IMG/VR virus record: IMGVR_UViG_3300020442_002637
Origin: an uncultured virus (IMG/VR IMGVR_UViG_3300020442_002637)
Lineage: Duplodnaviria; Heunggongvirae; Uroviricota; Caudoviricetes
Direction: 5' to 3' (one strand)
DNA length: 60,958 nucleotides
The notes below the pieces were generated by a model. It did no database searches. It saw only the letters and a program-made list of their open reading frames with translations, and was not told where the DNA came from. Positions 1-9,852 of the stretch are shown here, one piece after another; the stretch's first letter is position 1, and every line of letters begins with the position of its first letter. The translations under genes were made by a program, and so were the position numbers.

Positions 1-138
1 GGAGCAAAAAATCCGATAAAACTTTTAATGGGTGTAGGTTTTAAGAATGCAGGAAAGAACAGACGAGTACATCACAAAACAGATTTTATTTTTCCAACAA
101 AGACTAAGCAACCTATAACTGTAAATCATATAGGATAA
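1..138 (+). CDS. C-terminal fragment of a probable nitroreductase-family protein (truncated by window edge)
   Basis: Frame 1 reads GAKNPIKLLMGVGFKNAGKNRRVHH...IG*; LLMGxG resembles nitroreductase C-termini. Confidence 0.4.
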   Translation, partial: GAKNPIKLLMGVGFKNAGKNRRVHHKTDFIFPTKTKQPITVNHIG

Positions 139-147
139 GACAGTTAA

Positions 148-804
148 ATGGTAAATGAAAATACGGTTAATTACTTGACGCTAACTGCGTTCGGAAATCA
201 TTTTGAGTTAAAACAAACTTTTAATGATAACAGAAAATTTATTCAATGGACAGAAGATAATTTTGAATACGTTAGATATAATCCTAGAAAAAATGTTGAC
301 CGTTGGGGGTTAAGTATAACCAGCTTGGACGGAGGACTATCTGGTATTCCTGATTTAGATAGTCTTACTGAATATAATTACGAACAAGGTAATTTTAATA
401 CAGAAAATTTTATTAAAGAAACGGATATAAATGTTCCTACTCCTATCTATGACTATCCTGGAATTAAAGAATTATGTGATGAATGGCAACCATATCTATT
501 TAGGACACATATTATTAAATTAAATCCTGGAGGATATTTCCCACCACACCGAGATCATACCAATAGTAATTTTGAAAGTTTTAGGCTAATTATGCCGTTG
601 TTTAATTGTAGTTATCCTAGTGTTACTTTTATTAGCGATGAAAAAATCCTAAATTGGAATGAAGGAAATCTATACTTTTTAGATACAGTCAAGGTACATT
701 ATTTGTTCAATTGCAGCCCACAACCTAGTTATTGGCTTATAATGAATATCGGTACAAATGAAGAAACAATACAAAAAGTAATATCTAGCGTAGCAATAAC
801 CTGA
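148..804 (+). CDS. Aspartyl/asparaginyl beta-hydroxylase-like Fe(II)/2OG oxygenase
   Basis: LNPGGYFPPHRD (HxD), distal His in DTVKVHYLFN. Confidence 0.75.
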   Translation: MVNENTVNYLTLTAFGNHFELKQTFNDNRKFIQWTEDNFEYVRYNPRKNVDRWGLSITSLDGGLSGIPDLDSLTEYNYEQGNFNTENFIKETDINVPTPIYDYPGIKELCDEWQPYLFRTHIIKLNPGGYFPPHRDHTNSNFESFRLIMPLFNCSYPSVTFISDEKILNWNEGNLYFLDTVKVHYLFNCSPQPSYWLIMNIGTNEETIQKVISSVAIT

Positions 805-1622
805 TGCAATCAAAAATTAAAACATTACTTACAAAAAATCCTTGGGTTCAGTGTCCGATGATACCGCAAGTTCAAGATGTAATAAACAATGTTCAAATTA
901 CTGATTTTGTTAGAGGTTCTGGTAAAGCACGAAAGCGTTTAGACGAACTAGAATCTAGATATAGATTATGGGTTAAAGATATCATAGATCTTAAAGATTT
1001 TCATTATTGCTATTTTGTTAATGGAGTAACAGATGCTTTAAACCAGTGGATTGCAACAGAAGATAGACCTTGGCAGTTCTTACAAGGAGATTATGAATAC
1101 GCCCATATGATTAGTGGCAAAGGAAATAAGGTATCTTATATAAATTCTTCAGATGTCTTATATGTGTCTAACCCTGCATGTTCGACAGGAAATTTTATAA
1201 ATTTAAAAGATATACCTAATCCAGTGATTTTAGATTGTGCTTATATAGGCAGTACACAAAAAAATAAAATAATGGTGCCTGAAAATACAGAACAGATATG
1301 GTTTAGTTTTTCTAAAGGTTGGGGAATAGTAGGACAAAGATCCGGATTGGTATTTTCTAAATTACCTCATAAAAGTTTAGACATAATGAAAAACGTCGAA
1401 GCTTGGAACTATACAGCAGTAGAAACATCACTTGCAATCGTTGATAATTTTGATATTGATACTACTTATAACATGTACAGAGACAAGCAAATAGAAGTTT
1501 GTAAAAAATATAATTTAGATCCTAGTGATTGTTTTTTTATTGCGAACACCACAAATGATGAATTTAAGGAAAGACGCAGAATAAGTAAAATTGCTAGGTT
1601 AGACATATCTAAATTATTATAA
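804..1622 (+). CDS. Compact PLP-dependent fold-type I enzyme (aminotransferase/decarboxylase-like)
   Basis: NGVTDAL, SNPACSTG, ILDCAY, FSFSKGWG..GQRSG with PLP lysine. Confidence 0.75.
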   Translation: MQSKIKTLLTKNPWVQCPMIPQVQDVINNVQITDFVRGSGKARKRLDELESRYRLWVKDIIDLKDFHYCYFVNGVTDALNQWIATEDRPWQFLQGDYEYAHMISGKGNKVSYINSSDVLYVSNPACSTGNFINLKDIPNPVILDCAYIGSTQKNKIMVPENTEQIWFSFSKGWGIVGQRSGLVFSKLPHKSLDIMKNVEAWNYTAVETSLAIVDNFDIDTTYNMYRDKQIEVCKKYNLDPSDCFFIANTTNDEFKERRRISKIARLDISKLL

Positions 1623-1623
1623 C

Positions 1624-3405
1624 ATGCAAAAAAAAACTAAAATCTTATTAGCCTCGATATCTTTTTCTGCTTACGAATGGCTTCCTTATCCAGTAGGTTG
1701 CTTGATAAGTCACTGTAAGAAAGACGCCAAAATTAATGAGATGTACGAGTTTATGGATCCAGAATATCGGAGCCAAAGTTTAGATAAAGATGATTTTCAT
1801 GAAAACTTAAAACAAGCAGATATGCTCGGACTTACAAATTGGGTGTGGAATCAAAATTACAACGATCGAATTTCAAAATTATATAAAGAATACAGACCTG
1901 ACGGATTAGTAATTTATGGCGGAACAAATGTTCCAGAAGAAAAAGAAGCATCGATAGTTTATGCACAAGAAAGACCTTATGTTGATATTTTCTTTACAGG
2001 GCCTGCAGAAGAAACTTTTAAAAATTTTTTACTAGATTATCCTAGCAAAGGACTAGTAGATCATACAGGAACATTTACATTAAACGAAAATCATACAGTA
2101 AAAGACAAGTATCAATATGCAAATATAGATATTCCTAGTCCTTATTTAGATGGTACATTTGATAACATAATTAAAAACAGTGAGCATAGTTTAAGTGCAT
2201 TGTTTGAAACCAATAGAGGGTGTCCTTATAGTTGTGCATTTTGTGATTGGGGAGGGTTGACTAGAAGCAAAATTATTAAAACTGATCCTGACACAGTTAA
2301 AGACACAATATCTTATATTATGAAACACGAAAACATAGATAGAATAGAAATAGGTGATGCAAACTTCGGAATATTTAAAGAAGATTTAGACTATACTAAT
2401 CATCTTATTGAAGAAAAAGCCAAGCGTAAAAAAGAAATAAGTCTGTCTATGGGTGGGTTCGCAAAAAATGGCGGGAAATATGTAGAAGAAATAATGCATA
2501 AAATGCATGAACATTTTGACTCACATCATGGACGAAAATACATTAAGCTAAGTTTTCAAAGCCATGACGAAGAAGTCCTTGATACTATACAAAGATCTAA
2601 TATAGATAATACTAAATTGTATCCTATGATGAAAAATTTTCAACAACAAGGAATTGATGTAGATGCTGAAATGATTATAGGAATGCCAGGAGATACACAA
2701 GATAAATGGCTAGAAACAATTCAAAAAAATATGGATTTTAATATCAATCATCAGAAAAGTTTTAGTCTATGGATTGTTCCTAACACGCCAATGGCAACAA
2801 AAGAGTACCAAGAAAAATACAAAATAAAAACGAAAAAAATATTAGTGCCATATGATTTAGATCAATATAAAACTATAGATTATCATTTGAATAATAACAT
2901 AGAAACAAATTGTAAATTTGATGATCCTAGTGAATATCAATGTTTAGAGTTTATATATGAGTGTTTTAGTTTTGATAGTCAGGAACTTATGAAAATATAT
3001 GATGTATGGTTTTGGTTCAACACCTTATATAACACAAAGATTGCTAGGAAATGGATGCTTGAATCAAATGATACTGCAAAGCAACAATATCAAAAGTTTT
3101 TAGAATTACTAGAAGATAATAAGATGCCTTTTTTTAAGCAATTAAGACAAAACTTTCAATCTGCTATATGGAATACTTTAGCTGTTCCTGAAGACGTTAC
3201 AAAATTAAAGACACTTTCTTTAGTAAATTTTCTAACCAAATTCAGTATAAGAGGTAATGAAATAGTAGATATATACACTAACAAAGAAAAATCTTTACAA
3301 GAATTAAAATTGTTATATCCTAATATTAACTTTGATCATTTTAAAAAAATAAAGGTTGACAAGGATCTTATAAAATTGTATTATGTAACAGCAGAGGTAG
3401 CGTGA
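1624..3405 (+). CDS. Cobalamin-binding radical SAM enzyme
   Basis: ETNRGCPYSCAFCDWG (CxxxCxxC), N-terminal B12-binding-like domain (PYPVGCL, VIYGGTN), DANFG, MIIGMPGDT. Confidence 0.9.
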   Translation: MQKKTKILLASISFSAYEWLPYPVGCLISHCKKDAKINEMYEFMDPEYRSQSLDKDDFHENLKQADMLGLTNWVWNQNYNDRISKLYKEYRPDGLVIYGGTNVPEEKEASIVYAQERPYVDIFFTGPAEETFKNFLLDYPSKGLVDHTGTFTLNENHTVKDKYQYANIDIPSPYLDGTFDNIIKNSEHSLSALFETNRGCPYSCAFCDWGGLTRSKIIKTDPDTVKDTISYIMKHENIDRIEIGDANFGIFKEDLDYTNHLIEEKAKRKKEISLSMGGFAKNGGKYVEEIMHKMHEHFDSHHGRKYIKLSFQSHDEEVLDTIQRSNIDNTKLYPMMKNFQQQGIDVDAEMIIGMPGDTQDKWLETIQKNMDFNINHQKSFSLWIVPNTPMATKEYQEKYKIKTKKILVPYDLDQYKTIDYHLNNNIETNCKFDDPSEYQCLEFIYECFSFDSQELMKIYDVWFWFNTLYNTKIARKWMLESNDTAKQQYQKFLELLEDNKMPFFKQLRQNFQSAIWNTLAVPEDVTKLKTLSLVNFLTKFSIRGNEIVDIYTNKEKSLQELKLLYPNINFDHFKKIKVDKDLIKLYYVTAEVA

Positions 3406-4343
3406 TGATATGTAAAAAATATGTTGATAGTAGTTTAAGTAATTTAAATCCATCTGAAATTGCAGAACAGGTGGGTAAATATGGTGTGGTTGCAATAATA
3501 GGATCAAAAGCGTCTCCAGAAGAGTTTGCAGACTGGTCTTATGAGATGGGATATCATTTAAGTCCTGATGTATGGTGTACTGATAAAGAACACAGCAACG
3601 GATTGTTCTGGCGTGTAACTAACAAAATTGTAGACGGTACAAACAGAGGATTAAAAAGCGATCACGAACTAGATTGGCATTGTAATATAAATCCTGTATT
3701 AGACGCTGAAGAAGTAGTAGGTTTATATGGTAAGACAATATCTTTCGACACACAAACTTGGTTTTGCAACAGCTTACCTTTTTGGAATACATTAGATGAA
3801 GATTTAAAAGATAGACTTAGAACACTTAAGGTAAGACTTGATCCTAAAAGGAAGTACGGAAGAATCCAAGAAAGTGGCTGGACTCCTGATTGGAAAAATT
3901 ATCCAAAGAAAATTATAGATGACATATATAAGAATCGACAAACTAGAAACATAGCAGATGCTACTAACATGGAGCCTGAGAACTCTAATTTATACAATAA
4001 GTCTCGAGGTATCATAGAAGATATTAATTTTGTTCCTGATCATCCTGTAATAGGAAAAAATGGATTTTCGTTTAGCCCATATGAAATACATGCATTTTTA
4101 GAAGAAGACGGTTCTGTGTGTAAAGATTCAGAAGACTTATATTGGTGGTTTTGGGAAGATTGGGTGCAATCAGAAACTTATACTTATAAACACGATTGGA
4201 ACGAAGGCGATATTGTTCTAATGGATCAAACCACTACTATACACCGCCGCCCAAGGATAAACATGGAACAGCCTAGAGAATTATTACGAGCTGCCATGTG
4301 GTATAAAACTAAAAATAGAAATCACTATAACTATATATTTTAG
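3402..4343 (+). CDS. TauD/TfdA-family dioxygenase with HxN metal motif
   Basis: LDWHCN, TWFCN, YKHDWNEGDIVLMDQTTTIHRR, RELLRA. Confidence 0.8.
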   Translation: MMICKKYVDSSLSNLNPSEIAEQVGKYGVVAIIGSKASPEEFADWSYEMGYHLSPDVWCTDKEHSNGLFWRVTNKIVDGTNRGLKSDHELDWHCNINPVLDAEEVVGLYGKTISFDTQTWFCNSLPFWNTLDEDLKDRLRTLKVRLDPKRKYGRIQESGWTPDWKNYPKKIIDDIYKNRQTRNIADATNMEPENSNLYNKSRGIIEDINFVPDHPVIGKNGFSFSPYEIHAFLEEDGSVCKDSEDLYWWFWEDWVQSETYTYKHDWNEGDIVLMDQTTTIHRRPRINMEQPRELLRAAMWYKTKNRNHYNYIF

Positions 4344-4351
4344 GAGGAAAA

Positions 4352-4963
4352 ATGAACAAGAAAGATTTACCCACTGTAGCTAATCTTAATTTAAAAATAG
4401 ATATTGAAAGGCTTAGAGCAGAAACAGACAAACTAGCAGAAAAGTTTGTAGATGTTCGTACTGCTAATCCTATGCTTTGTGATAATCATATGGAACTTGT
4501 AGAAAGTGTATATGATAATTTTGAACAAATTAATTTAACTACTCCTAGCGAAATACTTCCTTACACAGCAAGTATAAAAGAAAGACTCAAGCGTAGAGAA
4601 GAACATTTATACAATATTCCTACTGATGATTATCCGGATAGTGTGTTTGAAGAAATAGTTACGCAGTGCAAAGCACCTGCAAGTAGAATAAGAATTACTA
4701 AGTTAGCACCAGGAAAGATCATTCCATGGCATGTTGACTATGATGTAAGTTATGCTGTACGTTGTATTGTACCTATATATGGTGGCAACAATGTAGTCAA
4801 TTTATTCAAGAGGGATGGAAAATTAGAAGCATACAATCTCAAAGATGGGACAGCAAATTTTCTTAACATAGGTTATGCTCATGCAGTTGTAAACATGAGT
4901 GACAAACCAAGAATAGCCTTAATGTTTAGTTTGGACGGTACAGATGACATCGCAAGTTTATAA
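4352..4963 (+). CDS. Aspartyl/asparaginyl beta-hydroxylase-like oxygenase
   Basis: RIRITKLAPGKIIPWHVD, HAVVN, RIALM; RBS GGAGG. Confidence 0.8.
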   Translation: MNKKDLPTVANLNLKIDIERLRAETDKLAEKFVDVRTANPMLCDNHMELVESVYDNFEQINLTTPSEILPYTASIKERLKRREEHLYNIPTDDYPDSVFEEIVTQCKAPASRIRITKLAPGKIIPWHVDYDVSYAVRCIVPIYGGNNVVNLFKRDGKLEAYNLKDGTANFLNIGYAHAVVNMSDKPRIALMFSLDGTDDIASL

Positions 4964-5735
4964 TTACAATGATACAGAACTAAGAAACCTTGTAAAGAAA
5001 ATACAAACTGAAGGTTTGTCAATTCATCATGAACAAGAATTTACAGAATCACAAATAATAGAATTCTTCAAACGCATAGGCGAGTGTGAAGCGCCAGGCT
5101 TGTTTATGAATCCCAAAGATTATCCTGAACTGTTTTTAGTGTCAGATCGCAAAGACGAACAGGGAAACAAACTTGGAATGTTCGGCGGAGGTGAACTTGG
5201 CTGGCATTCAAATGGTAATAGTAGACATCTAATAGACAAAATCCTTATTGCACTTTATTGTGTAAAAGGAGATGTAAACACAACTCTAAGCGTATGTAAT
5301 ACAAGTTTGCCCTTTTATGATTTGAGCAAAGATGAACAAGAGTATTGGCGCAGTATAACCATACGCCTTAAGTTCCAAAATGACACAATGTATCACTTGG
5401 ATGAAGATGATCCTGAACTTGAATTTATGAGCAAAAACAAAGGCAGTATTCGTCCACTAGTAGGTCAACATCCACACACTGGTGCAGACTACTTTTACTT
5501 CCCCTACCACTTTATTATTAAAGCATGGGAAGGTAAAAAACAAGTTGATCATGAACAAATTGTTGAACGTCTAAAGCCTATTATTTTCAAAAGCAAATAT
5601 CAAACACACCATGTGTTTGCAGAAGGTGACTTGTTAATGATGGATCAGTTTACAACACTGCACAGAAGAACTCCTGTAATGGGCGACAGGCTATTATGGA
5701 GAGTCGCCTGCGACTATAGAAGAATATGCAATTAA
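4944..5735 (+). CDS. TauD/TfdA-family dioxygenase with HxN metal motif
   Basis: LGWHSNG, PLVGQHPHTG, HVFAEGDLLMMDQFTTLHRR, RLLWR. Confidence 0.85.
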   Translation: MTSQVYNYNDTELRNLVKKIQTEGLSIHHEQEFTESQIIEFFKRIGECEAPGLFMNPKDYPELFLVSDRKDEQGNKLGMFGGGELGWHSNGNSRHLIDKILIALYCVKGDVNTTLSVCNTSLPFYDLSKDEQEYWRSITIRLKFQNDTMYHLDEDDPELEFMSKNKGSIRPLVGQHPHTGADYFYFPYHFIIKAWEGKKQVDHEQIVERLKPIIFKSKYQTHHVFAEGDLLMMDQFTTLHRRTPVMGDRLLWRVACDYRRICN

Positions 5736-6253
5736 ATTGGTGTAAACAAATAACAATAAATTGTGATCTTAATCATTTACTTGTTTTTGCAAAAAAACAA
5801 ATGCTAAACTACGATTGGGTAGGTAATAGCATGTATGAATTAATTGATAAAAATTCTAAATATTGGCAATGGAATGTGTCAGATATAGATAATAACCATA
5901 TTCAAGAAATGATTACAGATATATCTGATAGGTATAAAATTCCTTTACGCTTTAAAGATTCTTATTTAAGTATTTGGGAATTTGGAAAAGGAGATAAATT
6001 GCCTCCTCATACCGACCCTGACATGAGTCAAAGTGCAAGTGTTGTAATAAGTCTAATAGGAAGATTTGATTTAAGATTGCACGACGATAATGATAATATA
6101 TTAGATAGTATACAATATGGACCTGGACAAGGGATAATTCTAAATAATACTATGCATAGGCACAGTGGAGAATGTTTAGACGGTTACAGATTAAGTTTGT
6201 TATTAAGTATAGATCCTAGTTTTCCTATCCAAGAATGGTTCAATAATCAATGA
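5726..6253 (+). CDS. Small DSBH Fe(II)/2OG oxygenase-like protein (YGPG paralogue 1)
   Basis: LPPHTD...HRHSG...RLSL. Confidence 0.7.
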   Translation: MQLNWCKQITINCDLNHLLVFAKKQMLNYDWVGNSMYELIDKNSKYWQWNVSDIDNNHIQEMITDISDRYKIPLRFKDSYLSIWEFGKGDKLPPHTDPDMSQSASVVISLIGRFDLRLHDDNDNILDSIQYGPGQGIILNNTMHRHSGECLDGYRLSLLLSIDPSFPIQEWFNNQ

Positions 6254-6645
6254 AAGTTACAATAGGACCATACGCTTTTGGAAAAAACTCTAGTAGAAAT
6301 ATTGATATTTTAATAGACGATTATGATGTTTGGGATATGCATGACACTCTAGCACTTATCATTTTGCCTATGCTCAAAATGATTAAAAATACAAAATATT
6401 TTTATCCTCAAATAGACATTGAAGATTTACCTTCAGAATCGCATAATAAAAATATTCAAGAGCAATGGCAAGATCTAATTGGTGAAATAATATGGGCAGT
6501 AGAACAAAGAACACTAGACGATCATGGCGAAGATCAATTTTGGGACGGCGTAGATTACAACTACACATTGTTAGAAAAACATAGGATGAGAATTAAAAAT
6601 GGATTTAGATTATTCGGTAAATATTATTTGGCACTAGGTGATTGA
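6250..6645 (+). CDS. Conserved phage hypothetical protein
   Basis: DDYDVWDMHDTLALIILPMLK...GFRLFGKYY pattern typical of myophage hypotheticals; ATGA coupling. Confidence 0.55.
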   Translation: MKVTIGPYAFGKNSSRNIDILIDDYDVWDMHDTLALIILPMLKMIKNTKYFYPQIDIEDLPSESHNKNIQEQWQDLIGEIIWAVEQRTLDDHGEDQFWDGVDYNYTLLEKHRMRIKNGFRLFGKYYLALGD

Positions 6646-7092
6646 ATGGAATTACAAAAATTTAGCATACCAATACATAATAAATTATCTGATCAGATTG
6701 CTAGAGAAGTATTAAGTGTATTTCCTAGTAAGAACTTGGACAATGTCTATGTTAAAATGGTTAAAAATATACACCCTCCTAAATGGCTTAGTCCGATTGT
6801 TAAAAATGTAGAAGATGCATTAGAATGTTCTTTACACAGATATTGGTTAAATGTTATGCCAACAGGGTCAAAAATTGGATGGCACAAACATGATGAAGAC
6901 AAAGATGTTGCAGTATTATATGTAAGTATTCCTGATAATGAATCGCCAATTGAATTAAAAAAAGACAATGAAATAATTACAGTTGATCCTTTTCCCGGAT
7001 TGTTAATAAAATTTCCAGGATCAATTGAACATAGAGTTAACGAAAATAAAAATAAGAATTATAGGATAAGCATTGCGTTTGATTTGTTATGA
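6646..7092 (+). CDS. Putative 2OG-Fe(II) oxygenase
   Basis: WLNVM..G....WHKH, VLYV, FPGSIEHRV, RISIAF. Confidence 0.8.
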   Translation: MELQKFSIPIHNKLSDQIAREVLSVFPSKNLDNVYVKMVKNIHPPKWLSPIVKNVEDALECSLHRYWLNVMPTGSKIGWHKHDEDKDVAVLYVSIPDNESPIELKKDNEIITVDPFPGLLIKFPGSIEHRVNENKNKNYRISIAFDLL

Positions 7093-7613
7093 ATGATTGG
7101 TTTGTAAAAAAAGAATTTAACTTATTTAAAAATGTAAAAGAATATGTAGACGATTGGTCAGCACATGTTGACGATGATAACTGGGTATACGATCCCTGGC
7201 AAGCACCTGGAACAAGAAGCATAAAAATTGATATAGGTGACGAGCTTCATAATAAAATAAAAAAATATATAAAACTACCTTTGTACAATGAATGGTACAT
7301 ATGGGATTTTATGTCTGCAAAAGATTTACTAATACACAAAGACAGTAATAGCACTGGAGATTATAGATCTATTGCATTTATTATTCCTATAGAAGGTATA
7401 TTTGAAAATCAAATATACAAAGACGATGAAAAAACTTTGATTGATAGTGTAGTATATGGGCCTAACGAATGTTTGATTTTAAATAATTCTAGATACTTTC
7501 ATGGCGGCAAAGTTTTGTCTTGCACACGTAGGACTATAAGTTGCTGGGTTGATTTCAAAGAAACAGACTCAACAAAAACACTTAAACAAATGATAGAAGA
7601 ACACGAGATATAA
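7089..7613 (+). CDS. Small DSBH oxygenase-like protein (YGPG paralogue 2)
   Basis: LLIHKD, DSVVYGPNECLILNN, FHGG, RRT. Confidence 0.65.
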   Translation: MNDWFVKKEFNLFKNVKEYVDDWSAHVDDDNWVYDPWQAPGTRSIKIDIGDELHNKIKKYIKLPLYNEWYIWDFMSAKDLLIHKDSNSTGDYRSIAFIIPIEGIFENQIYKDDEKTLIDSVVYGPNECLILNNSRYFHGGKVLSCTRRTISCWVDFKETDSTKTLKQMIEEHEI

Positions 7614-7623
7614 AGGAGTGCAT

Positions 7624-8160
7624 ATGGAAATAATTTCAGAAAAGGATTGGTATGTTGCATTTCCTCTTAATTTAGATGTAGAAGAACTTAAAGATTGGGC
7701 TAAAAATGTTATGGCAAGCCGCCCTGGTTCAGAAACAGTCACAGGCGAACATGATACTGCCTTATGGTGGATGGAAGAACCTCATCCAAAACTAAGAAAA
7801 AGATTAGAAGAAATCGCAGTGTTAAATGACGAATGGGGTGCGAGTATATGGGAGTTTGCCGATGGCGGACCTTTGCATAAACATAGTGACGGACAAGGAA
7901 GAGGAACAACATTTATAGTAGTATTAGAAGGTAGATTTGAAATCACTACATATCACGAAAAATTTCCAGACAGAGCATTAGATACATATCAATATGGACC
8001 AGGACAAATTTTTGTTTTAAAGAATGGACATAGAAAGTTTCACGGCGGACGTTGCTTAGATGGCTATAGATTAGCAGTTGCAGTATACACTGAACATGAA
8101 ACTTGTCCTTTTAGAGATCACAGTCCTAATTTTAAAGAATGGTGGGGCGAACCACAATGA
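7624..8160 (+). CDS. Small DSBH oxygenase-like protein (YGPG paralogue 3)
   Basis: LHKHSD, YQYGPGQ, FHGG, RLAV; RBS AAGGAG. Confidence 0.65.
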   Translation: MEIISEKDWYVAFPLNLDVEELKDWAKNVMASRPGSETVTGEHDTALWWMEEPHPKLRKRLEEIAVLNDEWGASIWEFADGGPLHKHSDGQGRGTTFIVVLEGRFEITTYHEKFPDRALDTYQYGPGQIFVLKNGHRKFHGGRCLDGYRLAVAVYTEHETCPFRDHSPNFKEWWGEPQ

Positions 8161-8669
8161 GTGATTGGTGGATTGTAAAAAATAATTTTGATTACAGCAA
8201 AATACAAAATGATTTTAACAATCAAAATATAGAATGGTTAGATAACATAGGAACTGGCCATGGAACCAAGTGGTGCCATGTAAAACTATCTAACGACACT
8301 ATTCGTGAAATTGAAAAATCAATAGGTACTCCGATTGATACTTCTCAGATGTATGTTTGGGATTACGGTAAGAAAAAAGAATTACCTTTGCATATTGATA
8401 CAGATGAATGGAATGTAGGAAATTGGATAGCAGTAGTAATACCCTTTGTTGGAAACTTTCATTTAGAAGCATTTGATCAGTCAAGTACAACCAAATTGGA
8501 CGAAGTAGACTATGGTCCTGGAGATATACTAATATTAAACAATAGAAAGTATCCGCATCAAGGACATGTAATAGATGAAACAAGAATTGCGTTTCACACC
8601 TATCTTAAAACACCTAATTATGTTATTGAAGAAACATTAAGCAAAAACATGGAATCACATAGATTATGA
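8157..8669 (+). CDS. Small DSBH oxygenase-like protein (YGPG paralogue 4)
   Basis: LPLHID, VDYGPGDILILNN, PHQG, RIAF. Confidence 0.65.
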   Translation: MSDWWIVKNNFDYSKIQNDFNNQNIEWLDNIGTGHGTKWCHVKLSNDTIREIEKSIGTPIDTSQMYVWDYGKKKELPLHIDTDEWNVGNWIAVVIPFVGNFHLEAFDQSSTTKLDEVDYGPGDILILNNRKYPHQGHVIDETRIAFHTYLKTPNYVIEETLSKNMESHRL

Positions 8670-9280
8670 ATATTGTAGGCATAAGTTTTAGTTACGCAGA
8701 AAACAGTTTGCAATCACGTGGATTATCTTTATTAGATTTTAAAACATATAGCATGACAGATTTTGACATGCCAATTTGTAATAGCAATAAAAGCGACGGA
8801 ATTGTACCGCAAGAAGTTGAAAAGTTTGTTGAGGTACTAAATGACGCTGATGTGCTTATTTTTGCAGTTAGCGAAGCTACTAGTCATTATTGTGCAGCAT
8901 TCAAAAACGCAATGGATTGGTTAGTAGTAAAAACAAAATTCAATGCAAAACTTGGTACAAATTACGCAATTACAAACAAACCTATATTTGTTGTTACATT
9001 TACTCCAACAAAATATGAACCTAACGGAGCTAGACATTTTGATATGACTACACAACTATTAGAAAAATTAGGTGCAAATGTTGTAGATTGTTGTGTAATA
9101 AATAATTCCTGGGAAACTATTATACCAGGTAATAAACATGCTGTTACAAGCATTTTAAGCGCCGTACAAGCGTTTTGTAGTTCTTATACGCCTAAGCACA
9201 CAGTTAAGGAAATAGAAGACAGCAACAGCTTAAATTGGTTGAATGCATACAATACATGGAATGAAAAATGGAAGGTATAA
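8666..9280 (+). CDS. NAD(P)H-dependent FMN reductase-like flavodoxin-fold protein
   Basis: MNIVGISFS, ADVLIFAVSE....CAAFKNAMDWL, NKP. Confidence 0.75.
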   Translation: MNIVGISFSYAENSLQSRGLSLLDFKTYSMTDFDMPICNSNKSDGIVPQEVEKFVEVLNDADVLIFAVSEATSHYCAAFKNAMDWLVVKTKFNAKLGTNYAITNKPIFVVTFTPTKYEPNGARHFDMTTQLLEKLGANVVDCCVINNSWETIIPGNKHAVTSILSAVQAFCSSYTPKHTVKEIEDSNSLNWLNAYNTWNEKWKV

Positions 9281-9852
9281 TTGAATACATAGATATACCG
9301 TGGAACCCTAAACAGTACCAAGAAATTTTTAACAGCACTTTAGAAAATTGGCAAGGTCGAGGATATATAGAATGTGGTGCAAAATCTCATGTTTTATCTG
9401 AAAATGACGAATTTGAAAATAAATGGAAAGCTATTTTAGACGAGCATAGACTTGTTCATGACAAAGTTTGTCCTTTGGCTACAGGTTTTAATTTTAATGC
9501 AACAGAAAATCATACTGTACCTCCGCATATTGATATTGACACACCTTTATACTTTAATTTACTTGTGCCTGTATTTGGCACTGCAAAGCTAAACATATAC
9601 CACACTACACAAGAAGATTTAGAATTTAGACACGGAATGACACATTGGAAAATGGTTAAAGATTCTAAACCTAAAATTAAAATAGGTGAATTGCTTGTAG
9701 ATAAACCTGTGTTGCTTAACACTAATTACTTGCATGATGTGCAGCCAATTGATACACCTAGATGTGTCTGGTGCACAAGATGGATTGATGTTGATACTAC
9801 TTTCACATATCATAAATTCAAAAATTATGTAGAGGAAACTTTTAATGCCTAA
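9268..9852 (+). CDS. DSBH Fe(II) oxygenase-like protein
   Basis: VPPHID, PVLLNTNYLHDV, PRCV. Confidence 0.6.
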   Translation: MEGIIEYIDIPWNPKQYQEIFNSTLENWQGRGYIECGAKSHVLSENDEFENKWKAILDEHRLVHDKVCPLATGFNFNATENHTVPPHIDIDTPLYFNLLVPVFGTAKLNIYHTTQEDLEFRHGMTHWKMVKDSKPKIKIGELLVDKPVLLNTNYLHDVQPIDTPRCVWCTRWIDVDTTFTYHKFKNYVEETFNA

